Of a stretch of DNA of 32,000 nt, positions 15,262-23,708 are shown one piece after another. Under the pieces are notes generated by a model, which worked only from the letters and a program-made list of their open reading frames with translations, had not been told where the DNA came from and ran no database searches. The position numbers were made by a program, and so were the translations under genes. Each line of letters opens with the position of its first letter. Positions within the stretch are counted from its first letter, which is position 1. Origin of the DNA: Methanopyrus kandleri AV19 (lineage in GTDB: Archaea; JAADCQ01; Methanopyri; Methanopyrales; Methanopyraceae); the NCBI RefSeq assembly GCF_000007185.1, contig NC_003551.1:900001-932000 (forward strand), given 5' to 3'.

Positions 15262-16077
15262 GTGAGGGCTTACCTCGAGCTCGCACGGCCTATCAACTGC
15301 GCGATGGCCGCTTTGGGAGTGGTCGTGGGTGAACTGATCGCGGGAGCCAGGCTCGACGTCGGGGCGGTCCTCGCGCCGGTGGTCGCCGCGGTCGTGTGTG
15401 CGGGAGGGAACGCCATCAACGACTACTTCGACGCCGAGGTCGACGCCGTGAACAGGCCGGATAGGCCGATCCCGAGCGGTAGGGTGTCCCCACGGTCGGC
15501 CCGGATGTTCGCCCTCGGCTGCTTCGCCGTCGGGGTCGGGATGGCCACCGTAATCAACCGGATGTGTCTGGCGATCGCCGCCCTGAACTCCGTTCTACTC
15601 TACCTGTACTCGTGGCGCCTGAAGGGGACTCCCTTGATCGGGAACGTCATGGTCTCCTACCTGGTGGGATCCTGCTTCCTGTTCGGAGCCGCGGTGGGTC
15701 AGCGGCCGGCGCCCGCGGTGTGGCTCTTCTTACTGGCTTTCCTGGCGAACCTGGTGCGCGAGATCCTCAAGGACCTGGAGGACGTCGAGGGGGACGCGGC
15801 GCTCGGTCTCAAGACGCTCCCGATCGCGTACGGCGAGGGGGTCGCCCTCCGGGTGGCGACGGTGTTCGCGATCGCGCTGGCCGTCCTCACGCCGCTACCC
15901 TACCTGGACGGTGTCGTCGGGTGGCCGTATCTGGTCCTGGCCCTACCCGCCGCCGCGGTCATACTCCTGGCCTCGGTCCTAGCGGTCGCCGGGAGCTGGG
16001 ACGCGGGTAAGGCGCAGCGGGTGGTCAAGGTGGGGATGCTGCTGGGGCTGCTGGCCTTCCTGGCGTCACTCCTCTAG
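15262..16077 (+). CDS. UbiA-family prenyltransferase, likely digeranylgeranylglyceryl phosphate (DGGGP) synthase.
   Basis: NAINDYFDAEVDAVNRPDRPIPSGR Asp-rich motif, a second motif (LKDLEDVEGD) and ~8 TM helices in 271 aa. GTG start follows GGGGTGA. Confidence 0.85.
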   Translation: MRAYLELARPINCAMAALGVVVGELIAGARLDVGAVLAPVVAAVVCAGGNAINDYFDAEVDAVNRPDRPIPSGRVSPRSARMFALGCFAVGVGMATVINRMCLAIAALNSVLLYLYSWRLKGTPLIGNVMVSYLVGSCFLFGAAVGQRPAPAVWLFLLAFLANLVREILKDLEDVEGDAALGLKTLPIAYGEGVALRVATVFAIALAVLTPLPYLDGVVGWPYLVLALPAAAVILLASVLAVAGSWDAGKAQRVVKVGMLLGLLAFLASLL

Positions 16078-17193
16078 ATCCTCGAACCTGTCCTCGAGCT
16101 TCTTCAGTACGTCCGGTAGCGTCGTGTACTCCAGCTCCTCCTCGGACAGCAGGTGCGGCTGGAACGGTCCGTGTCTCCGGATGTAGTCCGCCACCTCGTT
16201 CGCGATCTCCCTCGCCCGGTCGAACGCGGGGTCCGCGAACAGGTCCTGCGGGCCGACCAGCTCTCCGTTCCTCAGCTGGAACCCGAGCGCTATGATCCTT
16301 GGTGGACCGTCGAACCTCGTCGGGTGCGCCTCCTCCTCCGATACGGGCATCAGCGGACCGTTGTGGCTACCCCTCATCCATCCGGCCACGAGGTGCGGGA
16401 ACGTGAACGGTTCGAGCACCTCGCCGACGGCGGGGAACCCGCTCTGGCACCGCACGATGGCGACCGGGTCGTCCTTACCCACGTACTCGCCAGCGATCAG
16501 GTTCAGCCGCTCCGTGCTCGTCACGGCCGCGATGCGCTCGGCCTCGTCCCCGTCTCCCTTCTTGTACACGCGCTTGATCGCGTAGCGCTGGGTCTGACCG
16601 ATCAGGGCGAGCAGATCGTACATCTCCTCGGGACACTTCAGGATGACCTTCTTCTGGTCGATAACGTCGTGAACCTCGAACTCGAACCCGTCGTGCATGC
16701 TCGGATCCAGCACCAGACCGGCCGTGTTGTTCGGGTCCGCGAAGATCCGGAACAGGGGCAGGTTGAACGCGCTCGGCTCGGTCTTGTCGCAGCAGAACAC
16801 GATGATCGGCTCGCTCGGACGCTCCACCAGCTCCATCTCCGCCGCGCCGGGACCGAGCCCGCGCACGTTACCGCTGAACGCGTCGGACAGCAGGTCCTGA
16901 CCGGCGCCGTACAGCTTCAGGTCCTCCGCGACCTTCGTGGCCTCCTGGAACGCGTTCCACGCGAGCTCGTGCACCTTCTCGTCGTCCTCACCACGCGTGT
17001 GCGTCATGATGAGGTCGATATCGTCACCGCACCGCGTCACGTAGTAATCGATGATCACCTCATCCACGGCATCTTCGAGGACTCCCTCACAGGCCTCCAG
17101 AAGATCCGGGTGAACCTCCGAGTGACCCGGGAAACCTCCCACGTCCGCCTTGATCACGCTCACGGTGACCTTCTCCTCGGCCACCGAAACCAC
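16066..17193 (-). CDS. fbp: Fructose-1,6-bisphosphate aldolase/phosphatase (class V FBPase).
   Basis: KVTVSVIKADVGGFPGHSEVHP N-terminus and ~375 aa length are typical of the archaeal bifunctional enzyme. An alternative GTG start lies at 17184. Confidence 0.92.
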   Translation of the reverse strand: MVSVAEEKVTVSVIKADVGGFPGHSEVHPDLLEACEGVLEDAVDEVIIDYYVTRCGDDIDLIMTHTRGEDDEKVHELAWNAFQEATKVAEDLKLYGAGQDLLSDAFSGNVRGLGPGAAEMELVERPSEPIIVFCCDKTEPSAFNLPLFRIFADPNNTAGLVLDPSMHDGFEFEVHDVIDQKKVILKCPEEMYDLLALIGQTQRYAIKRVYKKGDGDEAERIAAVTSTERLNLIAGEYVGKDDPVAIVRCQSGFPAVGEVLEPFTFPHLVAGWMRGSHNGPLMPVSEEEAHPTRFDGPPRIIALGFQLRNGELVGPQDLFADPAFDRAREIANEVADYIRRHGPFQPHLLSEEELEYTTLPDVLKKLEDRFEDLEE

Positions 17194-17239
17194 CCCCTAC
17201 CGACCGGCCATCACCCGTATTAAAAGGGGCTTCGGTCAC

Positions 17240-17590
17240 TCACTCGCCCTGCAACCGCATGATAGCTTCCGCGAGGTCCCCACCGGTCTCTTCGAGTGCC
17301 TTCCTAGCCTCCTCCTCGGAGACCCCGGCCTGCTCCGCGACCAACTTCACGTCCTCGTCCGTGAACGGCTCCTCCTCCGGCTTCTCCCGCTTCGCCTTCC
17401 CGGCCACCTGGTAGAACTCCTGGTTCATGATCTTCATCCGGATGACCTGTGGCTTCTCGAAGACGAGCTTCGAACCGTCCTTGAGGTGGATCTCCACCCG
17501 TTCCACGCCGCTGATAGGTTCCTGCTCCATGCCCATCTCACGCATGAGTCTCTGCAACTTCCTTGGGTCGATCTTGCCGCCTGGGAACAA
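17240..17590 (-). CDS. nac: Nascent polypeptide-associated complex protein (NAC domain plus UBA).
   Basis: 116 aa: a [35 protein letters not shown] beta-barrel, then a C-terminal UBA-like [24 protein letters not shown]. Confidence 0.9.
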
Positions 17591-17638
17591 TTCCCGTCCC
17601 CCTCCCTCCCCGGGCGAATCCGGCGATAAAAGGATTAA

Positions 17639-18091
17639 CTAGAGGCCTCGACGCACGCGGACCGCGACCCCGTGCTCGAAGTACTCGACCTCCCACCCCG
17701 AGAGCCTCATCTTGCCCACCGCCAGCAGCTCGTCGTCCTCCGAAACCACTAGGCACTCGTCCCCCGGTCGAAGCTCCTCCCAGCCTCGAAGGGCGTACTC
17801 GCAGAAGAGGTCGCGACCCCTCCTCACGGCCTCGACCCACTCGTCCGCACAGACCACGCGGTGCTCGGGAGGCTCCGTGGCGGCGTGTAAGCGTCGAGCT
17901 CCCTCCGGGGCCAGCGAGACCAGACCGTCCGAGGCCCTCACGGTGCACAACCTTTTCCCGTCCACGAACACCTCGCGCGGGCGACCTCGGCGTACTCGCA
18001 CCTTCACCTCGCCGTCGAGCATCGCGTCCGCGGCCTCACGCCCGAACTGGTACGCCAGGATCCCACGCACGATCTCCACGTAGCGGCTCAT
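17639..18091 (-). CDS. PUA-domain RNA-binding protein.
   Basis: C-terminal ..LRPGDECLVVSEDDELLAVGKMRLSGWE.. is PUA-like. Start moved to ATG 18091 (MSRYVEIVRG..). Confidence 0.7.
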   Translation of the reverse strand: MSRYVEIVRGILAYQFGREAADAMLDGEVKVRVRRGRPREVFVDGKRLCTVRASDGLVSLAPEGARRLHAATEPPEHRVVCADEWVEAVRRGRDLFCEYALRGWEELRPGDECLVVSEDDELLAVGKMRLSGWEVEYFEHGVAVRVRRGL

Positions 18092-18106
18092 GGGGGAACC
18101 CACCCG

Positions 18107-19444
18107 TTGGATCCGGACGTCCTCCTGAGGCACGCCGAGGAGATCTCCGACGCCTGTGTCGTTTACGCCCTCGAGGGAGAACTCGTCGAGATCGAGGCTT
18201 CCAACGGGGAACTCCGGAAGGCCGACTCCGACCGCGTCCGCACTTACGCCGTCCGTGTTCTCAAGGAAGGCTCGTGGGGAGTCGCCTCCGGTCCCGACCC
18301 CGAGCGGGATCTCGTTGAGCGGGCTCTGCGGTCCACCGGTGAGGGTTCCGCGGAGATCCCTGAGGAGGTCCCGGCCGCCGAGGGATCGTACCGGTGGGAA
18401 GGGAAGCTCTCTCCGCTCGACTCCCTCGACGAGGCCGCCGAGCTGGCGGTGGAGTTATCACGTGAGGTGTCGTACGACTGCGAGATCACGTACTCCGCCG
18501 GCTCCGTCCGGTACACGATCACATCCACCTGGGGATCCGAGTGCGAGGTCCGACTCGACTGCGTGAACTTCGGGGTTAAAGTCAGCGGTAAAGGGACCGC
18601 GGGTAGGGAGGAGTACACGGAGCGGGACGGGGCTAATTGCGCGGGTTTGGAGCTGTTCTTGGAGCGGGCGGAGGAGGTCAGGGACGAAGCGGTCCGGAGG
18701 CTCGAGGATTTGTTGGAGGCGGAACCCGGTCCGGAGCGTGCGGAGTCGGTGATCACGGACCCCGAACTCCTCGGCGTGATAGTCCACGAGGCCTTCGGAC
18801 ACGCCGTCGAAGGTGACCTCGTCGCGCGCGGAGAATCGGTGCTTCAGGATTGGGTTGGAGAGCGGGTTGCCTCCGAAATCGTGACCGTGGTGGACGACCC
18901 CACCGAGCGCGGTGCGTTCGGTTCTTACCCCTTCGACGACGAGGGAGTCGAGCCCAGGCGAACCGTCCTCGTGGAGGAAGGTGTGCTGCGAGGCTACCTC
19001 ACCGACCTGACCTCGGCCGCGGAACTCGACCTTGAGGTCACCGGAAACGGCCGTTTGGAATCGATCGGTGACCACGTGCAGGTCCGAATGAGCGTAACGT
19101 ACGTCGAGCCCGGGGACGCGTCGCGGGAAGAACTGTTCGAGGAGGCGGGTGACGGTGCCGTCTATCTCCTGGGATCGAAAGGAGGTCAGACCGATACGGC
19201 CACCGGGAACTTCCAGTTCTCCGCCAAGCTCGGGTACGTGGTGGAAGAGGGTGAACCATCGCGTCCCGTCCGCGACGTGGGTTTGACGGGTGAGACCTTG
19301 GAGTTCATGAAGAGAGTCCGGATGCTCTCTGACGAGCTCAGGCTCCATCCGGGGTACTGTGGCAAGGGCGGCCAGTTGGTGCCCGTGTCCGACGGTGGGC
19401 CACACGCGCTCGTGGACGGCCCCTTCCACCTTAGATCGGGGTGA
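18107..19444 (+). CDS. tldD: TldD-type metalloprotease subunit.
   Basis: HExxxH motif in VIVHEAFGHAVEGD, ~445 aa, paired with a PmbA-like gene. TTG start lies 10 nt after GGGGGA. Confidence 0.85.
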   Translation: MDPDVLLRHAEEISDACVVYALEGELVEIEASNGELRKADSDRVRTYAVRVLKEGSWGVASGPDPERDLVERALRSTGEGSAEIPEEVPAAEGSYRWEGKLSPLDSLDEAAELAVELSREVSYDCEITYSAGSVRYTITSTWGSECEVRLDCVNFGVKVSGKGTAGREEYTERDGANCAGLELFLERAEEVRDEAVRRLEDLLEAEPGPERAESVITDPELLGVIVHEAFGHAVEGDLVARGESVLQDWVGERVASEIVTVVDDPTERGAFGSYPFDDEGVEPRRTVLVEEGVLRGYLTDLTSAAELDLEVTGNGRLESIGDHVQVRMSVTYVEPGDASREELFEEAGDGAVYLLGSKGGQTDTATGNFQFSAKLGYVVEEGEPSRPVRDVGLTGETLEFMKRVRMLSDELRLHPGYCGKGGQLVPVSDGGPHALVDGPFHLRSG

Positions 19445-20673
19445 TGGCGTTGGATGACCCGCTGTCCCAGTTCGAACCCGGCCGGGCGGTCCTCCTCGAG
19501 GTGGAGACCGAGCGGGTCGAAGTGGAACGCACCCACGACACGGGTGACCGCGGACGGGTCTCCGCCGATCGTACTATCGTCGTCCGCGTGTCGACCGATG
19601 GGGGACTCGGTGTGGCGACGGTGGCCGACCCCGGAGAAGTCGACACGGCGGTCGAGCGCGCACTCGCATCGGCCGAGATGGGGACATCCGAGCCCGTCGA
19701 GTATCCCGATTCCGTCGATCCCGCACGTGTGAGCTCGTGCGATCCTTCCGCGGTCGACGAGGACGAGTTGTGGGACCTCCTCGAGGCGGTCGTGAACGAG
19801 GTGTCTGACGACGTGACCATCACCTCGGTCTCGGTCACCGGTGTCCGTCGTCGTGTGATCTTCAGGACTCCTTCGGACCAGGCCGAGCGTGAGGAGTCTT
19901 CCGTCACCGTGAGTTTGGACGTCATAGGCGAGTTCTCCGGGTTCGCTTGGGATACCGCCGTCGGTCCACGGGACATCGATCCGGAGCTCCTCGCCCGAGA
20001 AGCCTCGGAGATGGCCTCCGAGGCACCGAAGGAGCGGGTAAGCGGTGGCGAGCTCGCCGTCGCCTTCCACCCACGGGCGTTCTCGGAACTCCTCACTTAC
20101 GTGCTGATACCGGCTCTCTCCGGGCTCGAGGTACTGAAAGGTACCAGCGGGTTCGATCGGGGGGATATCGGTCGTAAGGTCGGACCTGAGAGCCTGCGCG
20201 TCGTGAACGATCCGACACTCGACCGTCGGCCCGGTTCCTACGCATTCGACGACGAGGGTAGTACTCCGAAGCGTATGGAGCTGATCTCCGATGGAATCTT
20301 GCGGTCTTTCTACACCGACCTCTACTCTTCCAGGCGGCTGGGAATGGAGTCTACGGGGAGTGGATTGGGGATCAGGCGCCCGGAGCCGTCGCCAGCGAAT
20401 GTTATCGTCCAAGGTGACGCCTCCGAGGAGGAGGTCCTGGAAGAGGCGGACCTTATCGTATACAGGACACTCGGCGCACACACGGCGAGTAAGGTGAGCG
20501 GACGCTTCTCGGTGACCGCACTGTGGGCGGAGACCGTGGAAGGAAGGGCGGTGCCGGTATCGGTTCGGGGCAACCTGTACTCGTCCCTGAGGGACGCCTT
20601 GATATCCGAGGAGACCGAGCGCACGGGTGTCGTTGAACCACCGTACGCGCTGCTACGATGCCGGGTGGGGTGA
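19441..20673 (+). CDS. pmbA: PmbA/TldE-type partner subunit.
   Basis: Similar fold-length protein lacking the HExxxH motif. Its start overlaps the tldD stop in GTGATG (GTG 19441 or ATG 19444). Confidence 0.8.
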   Translation: MMALDDPLSQFEPGRAVLLEVETERVEVERTHDTGDRGRVSADRTIVVRVSTDGGLGVATVADPGEVDTAVERALASAEMGTSEPVEYPDSVDPARVSSCDPSAVDEDELWDLLEAVVNEVSDDVTITSVSVTGVRRRVIFRTPSDQAEREESSVTVSLDVIGEFSGFAWDTAVGPRDIDPELLAREASEMASEAPKERVSGGELAVAFHPRAFSELLTYVLIPALSGLEVLKGTSGFDRGDIGRKVGPESLRVVNDPTLDRRPGSYAFDDEGSTPKRMELISDGILRSFYTDLYSSRRLGMESTGSGLGIRRPEPSPANVIVQGDASEEEVLEEADLIVYRTLGAHTASKVSGRFSVTALWAETVEGRAVPVSVRGNLYSSLRDALISEETERTGVVEPPYALLRCRVG

Positions 20674-20821
20674 GTGATCACTGTCAATCTTGACGGTACC
20701 GTACGAAGAATCCAATTCACTTAACTACCGGAACCCCGCCAACAATTCTCCTATGCCTACCGCCGGTTACCGGCACCGGAATAGTAACTCCGCGGGGGTT
20801 TTAGTGACCGGGGGGGGGCGA

Positions 20822-21322
20822 ATGGGGACGTGTAGCCCGTACCGCGTGTACACCCTTCCGAAAGCCTTCGAGCGCTTTTATGAACCTCGGTGGGGGAAAT
20901 TCACTCGACGAAATGACCGGTGGTACTTCGGCACCCTTGAATTGGATCCGCTGACGGAAGACGATGTGGAGTTACGGGAAATAACCCTTATGGTCCCCAT
21001 CGCCGAGGCCAATTTGATCAGTAACCACAAGTTCCGGAACAGGAAGAGGGACGCGGCCTACGCCTCGTATCTGGTAGGGTCGTCATCGACGGATGTGGAC
21101 GACGTCATCCCGGTGACGGTCAGAATCCCGTGGCCCAAGGACGTGAAGGCGCCACGTGAGATGCCGTTGGTACCGGGGACGCTCACGCACCATCGCAGGT
21201 TCTGCTTCACGGTTCCTAACCCGCCGGAAACTAGGAAGCTTTCCGAGAAAACGCTCGTCACGGCGGCGCTGCTCAGGACGCTGTCACACGAGCTCGATCT
21301 GACGTCAGCCATCCGCTACTGA
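20822..21322 (+). CDS. Orphan basic protein (166 aa).
   Basis: ATG 20822 lies 3 nt after a G9 run (20810-18). Sequence MGTCSPYRVYTLPKAFERFYEPRWGKF... with no family recognised. The track start 20690 would run the reading frame through the G9 tract. Confidence 0.55.
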   Translation: MGTCSPYRVYTLPKAFERFYEPRWGKFTRRNDRWYFGTLELDPLTEDDVELREITLMVPIAEANLISNHKFRNRKRDAAYASYLVGSSSTDVDDVIPVTVRIPWPKDVKAPREMPLVPGTLTHHRRFCFTVPNPPETRKLSEKTLVTAALLRTLSHELDLTSAIRY

Positions 21323-21325
21323 TAA

Positions 21326-22747
21326 GTGCACGGCGGATCCGTCAACTCCAGGGTTCACCAGGTGGCGGACGTGAAAATAGGATTCGAGGTCCACGTGCAA
21401 CTCGACACCCGCACCAAACTCTTCTGTGACTGTCCCACGGACTACGAGGACGCGGAACCTAACGAGAACACGTGTCCCGTCTGCACCGGAATGCCCGGGG
21501 CGAAACCCCTCCCACCCAACGAGGAAGCCCTCCTGATAGCCCTCGAAATCGCGCATATGCTGGATTGCGAGCCCGTTCTGGATCGCCCGTTGTACTTCCA
21601 GCGGAAGCACTACGACTACCCTGACCTGCCCTCCGGGTACCAGCGTACCAGCGTGCCCATCGCGGTCAACGGCGAGCTCGACGGTGTTCGGATCCGCGAG
21701 ATTCACGTCGAGGAGGATCCGGGCCGTTGGGAGCCCTCCACCGGGCGCGTCGATTACAACCGGAGCGGCGTCCCGCTCATCGAGATCGTAACCGAGCCGG
21801 ACATGCGTTCCCCGGAGGAGGCTCGAGACTTCCTGCGTCGTCTCATGCAGGTCCTCCGGTACTCGGGTAAGGTGAAGGGTGACGGTGGCATCCGTGTAGA
21901 TGCCAACGTCTCGGTCGAAGGCGGGGCCAGGGTCGAGATCAAGAACATCAACTCGATCAAGGGCGTGTATCGGGCCCTCAGGTTCGAGATCCAGCGACAA
22001 CTCAACTTGATGAAACATGGGCGCGAGGTCCGCCGCGAGACCCGTGCCTTCCGTGAGGATCAAGGTACCACGGTCGCGATGCGTTCCAAGGAGACCGCGG
22101 AGGATTACAGGTACATCCCGGATCCGGACATACCGGTGTTCGAGATCACCGAAGACCTATGGGAGAAGGCCGTCGCACGGGCTCCGGAGCCACCGCACCA
22201 CCGTGCCAGGCGGATGGCGGAGGAGTACGGTATCTCGTTGGAGGCCGCCGAGGCCCTGGTCACGGAGCGTGAGTGGGCCGATTTCTTCGAAGAGGTAGTG
22301 GAGAAGGCCCCGGATGACTGGGACATCGAGTTCATCGACCAGTGGGTGCGTAAGGAGATCAAGAAGATACTCAACAAGAAGGAAATGACTTTCCGTGAAG
22401 CTAAGATAACCCCGGAAGAGTTCATCGAGCTGCTCGAGCTCGTTCGTGAGGACAAGATCACACGCCAGAACGCTCTCAACGCGCTGTGGGAAGCGGTCGA
22501 TTCAGACAAGAGCCCCGTTGAGATCATCGAGGAGAACGGACTGCTCAAAGTTAGCGATGAGGATCGGTTGGCGCGCGTCGTGGAGGAGGTCATCGAGGAG
22601 AACCCGCAGGCGGTGGAGGATTACAAATCGGGTAAGGAGGAAGCCATCCACTACCTGATGGGCCAGGTGATGCGCAAAACCAGGGGACAGGCCGACCCGG
22701 AGGTCACCATGCGACTCCTCAGGGAAAGGCTGGATTCCGACGGCTAA
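21326..22747 (+). CDS. gatB: Asp/Glu-tRNA amidotransferase subunit B.
   Basis: KIGFEVHVQLDTRTKLFCDCP...CPVCTGMPGAKP, and a C-terminal YqeY-like tail ..YLMGQVMRKTRGQADPEVT... ~460-473 aa fits GatB rather than GatE. The true start may be GTG 21362 or 21371. Confidence 0.9.
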   Translation: MHGGSVNSRVHQVADVKIGFEVHVQLDTRTKLFCDCPTDYEDAEPNENTCPVCTGMPGAKPLPPNEEALLIALEIAHMLDCEPVLDRPLYFQRKHYDYPDLPSGYQRTSVPIAVNGELDGVRIREIHVEEDPGRWEPSTGRVDYNRSGVPLIEIVTEPDMRSPEEARDFLRRLMQVLRYSGKVKGDGGIRVDANVSVEGGARVEIKNINSIKGVYRALRFEIQRQLNLMKHGREVRRETRAFREDQGTTVAMRSKETAEDYRYIPDPDIPVFEITEDLWEKAVARAPEPPHHRARRMAEEYGISLEAAEALVTEREWADFFEEVVEKAPDDWDIEFIDQWVRKEIKKILNKKEMTFREAKITPEEFIELLELVREDKITRQNALNALWEAVDSDKSPVEIIEENGLLKVSDEDRLARVVEEVIEENPQAVEDYKSGKEEAIHYLMGQVMRKTRGQADPEVTMRLLRERLDSDG

Positions 22748-23442
22748 CGGCGTCCCTCACATCGGAACACCACGGTCGGGGTGTCCGGGAAAGATTCCGC
22801 TCTCACCTCCAGAAAGAGCCGACTGAGGGCTCGGTATATCCTATCCTGCCACCGCGGATCTCGACCCGCGAACACCGACGCCGTACCCTCGTCCTTCAGC
22901 TTCTCGGCTATCGTCCTTAGGAACTCGGGAGAGAACAGCCGTGGGTTGCGCCCAGGACACGGTCCCCCGTCGTGAACCACATGATCGAAACCTCTCGGGA
23001 GTTTCGGCACGACTTCCACGGCGTCGCCCAGTAGTATCTTGACCCTGTCGTCCCTGAGCGCTTCGGAGAACTCCGGGACCGGGTTCCGGTACAACGCGAT
23101 CGCGAGCATTCGAGGATCCACTTCCACCGAAACGATCAGTTCCGGGTCACCCCACCTCAACAGCGCCCAGGTGGTTCTGCCCAATCCCGTACCGATCTCC
23201 AGCACCATGCCTCGAGCCTGCTCGGGCCACGCGATCACGTACCCCTTGAGCCCCATTTTCCCGACCTCGAACCCCTCCTTCCCGTGGCCCAATCCTCCCG
23301 TCCGTTCCCTCACGTATCGGAACAGCTCCTCCTCATCCAACGACTCCGCCCACTCCCGGTACCGCGCGGCGGCCTCACGCGCTCTCCTGTCTTCACTGAG
23401 TAACCCGCGACCGATATTATCGACCACCTCTCCTACCCCCAT
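22744..23442 (-). CDS. Class I SAM-dependent methyltransferase (spermidine-synthase-like fold).
   Basis: Motif I VLEIGTGLGRTT, followed by ..SVEVDPRM.., ..LGDAVEV.. and ..HDGGP... Specificity unknown. Confidence 0.65.
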   Translation of the reverse strand: MGVGEVVDNIGRGLLSEDRRAREAAARYREWAESLDEEELFRYVRERTGGLGHGKEGFEVGKMGLKGYVIAWPEQARGMVLEIGTGLGRTTWALLRWGDPELIVSVEVDPRMLAIALYRNPVPEFSEALRDDRVKILLGDAVEVVPKLPRGFDHVVHDGGPCPGRNPRLFSPEFLRTIAEKLKDEGTASVFAGRDPRWQDRIYRALSRLFLEVRAESFPDTPTVVFRCEGRR

Positions 23443-23453
23443 GGGGACCGCTC

Positions 23454-23702
23454 TTGCCGGAAGACCCCCTTCGCGGCTACGAGCCTTCGGTGAGGGATTA
23501 CTTGGCCCGATGTGACACCGACGAGGAGGCGCTGGAGGTGCTCCAGTACCTGGTGAAGCGGGGTGAGCTGGACGAGGAGCGTGCGTCCGAACTCGAACGG
23601 GAAATCCGAGAAAAGGGAGTTAGATCGCTGGTGGAACGCAGGCACTTCGGCTATTACCTGGAGCGCTATTACGACCCGGAGGAACGAAGGTACCGCGGGT
23701 GA
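23454..23702 (+). CDS. Small conserved archaeal protein (possibly DUF2095-like).
   Basis: 82 aa, TTG start 6 nt after GGGGA. The helical acidic core ..EEALEVLQYLVKRGELDEERASELEREIREKGVRSL.. recalls small archaeal proteins. The family name is from memory only. Confidence 0.55.
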   Translation: MPEDPLRGYEPSVRDYLARCDTDEEALEVLQYLVKRGELDEERASELEREIREKGVRSLVERRHFGYYLERYYDPEERRYRG

Positions 23703-23708
23703 GCCGAC

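Noticed and set aside
16153-17223. 356-aa plus-strand ORF.
   Set aside because: It is antisense to the FBP aldolase/phosphatase, whose identity is secure.
17563-18318. 251-aa Arg/Pro-rich plus-strand ORF, together with 17538..17948 (-).
   Set aside because: They overlap the PUA-domain and tldD genes in other frames. The extreme Arg/Pro/Gly content is typical of GC-driven spurious ORFs.
18458-20481. 323-aa and 431-aa minus-strand ORFs.
   Set aside because: They are antisense to tldD and pmbA. Neither has motifs, and the sense strand carries the HExxxH metalloprotease signature.
21305-22063. 252-aa minus-strand ORF.
   Set aside because: It is antisense to gatB, which has full-length GatB motifs. 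The product has no recognisable features.
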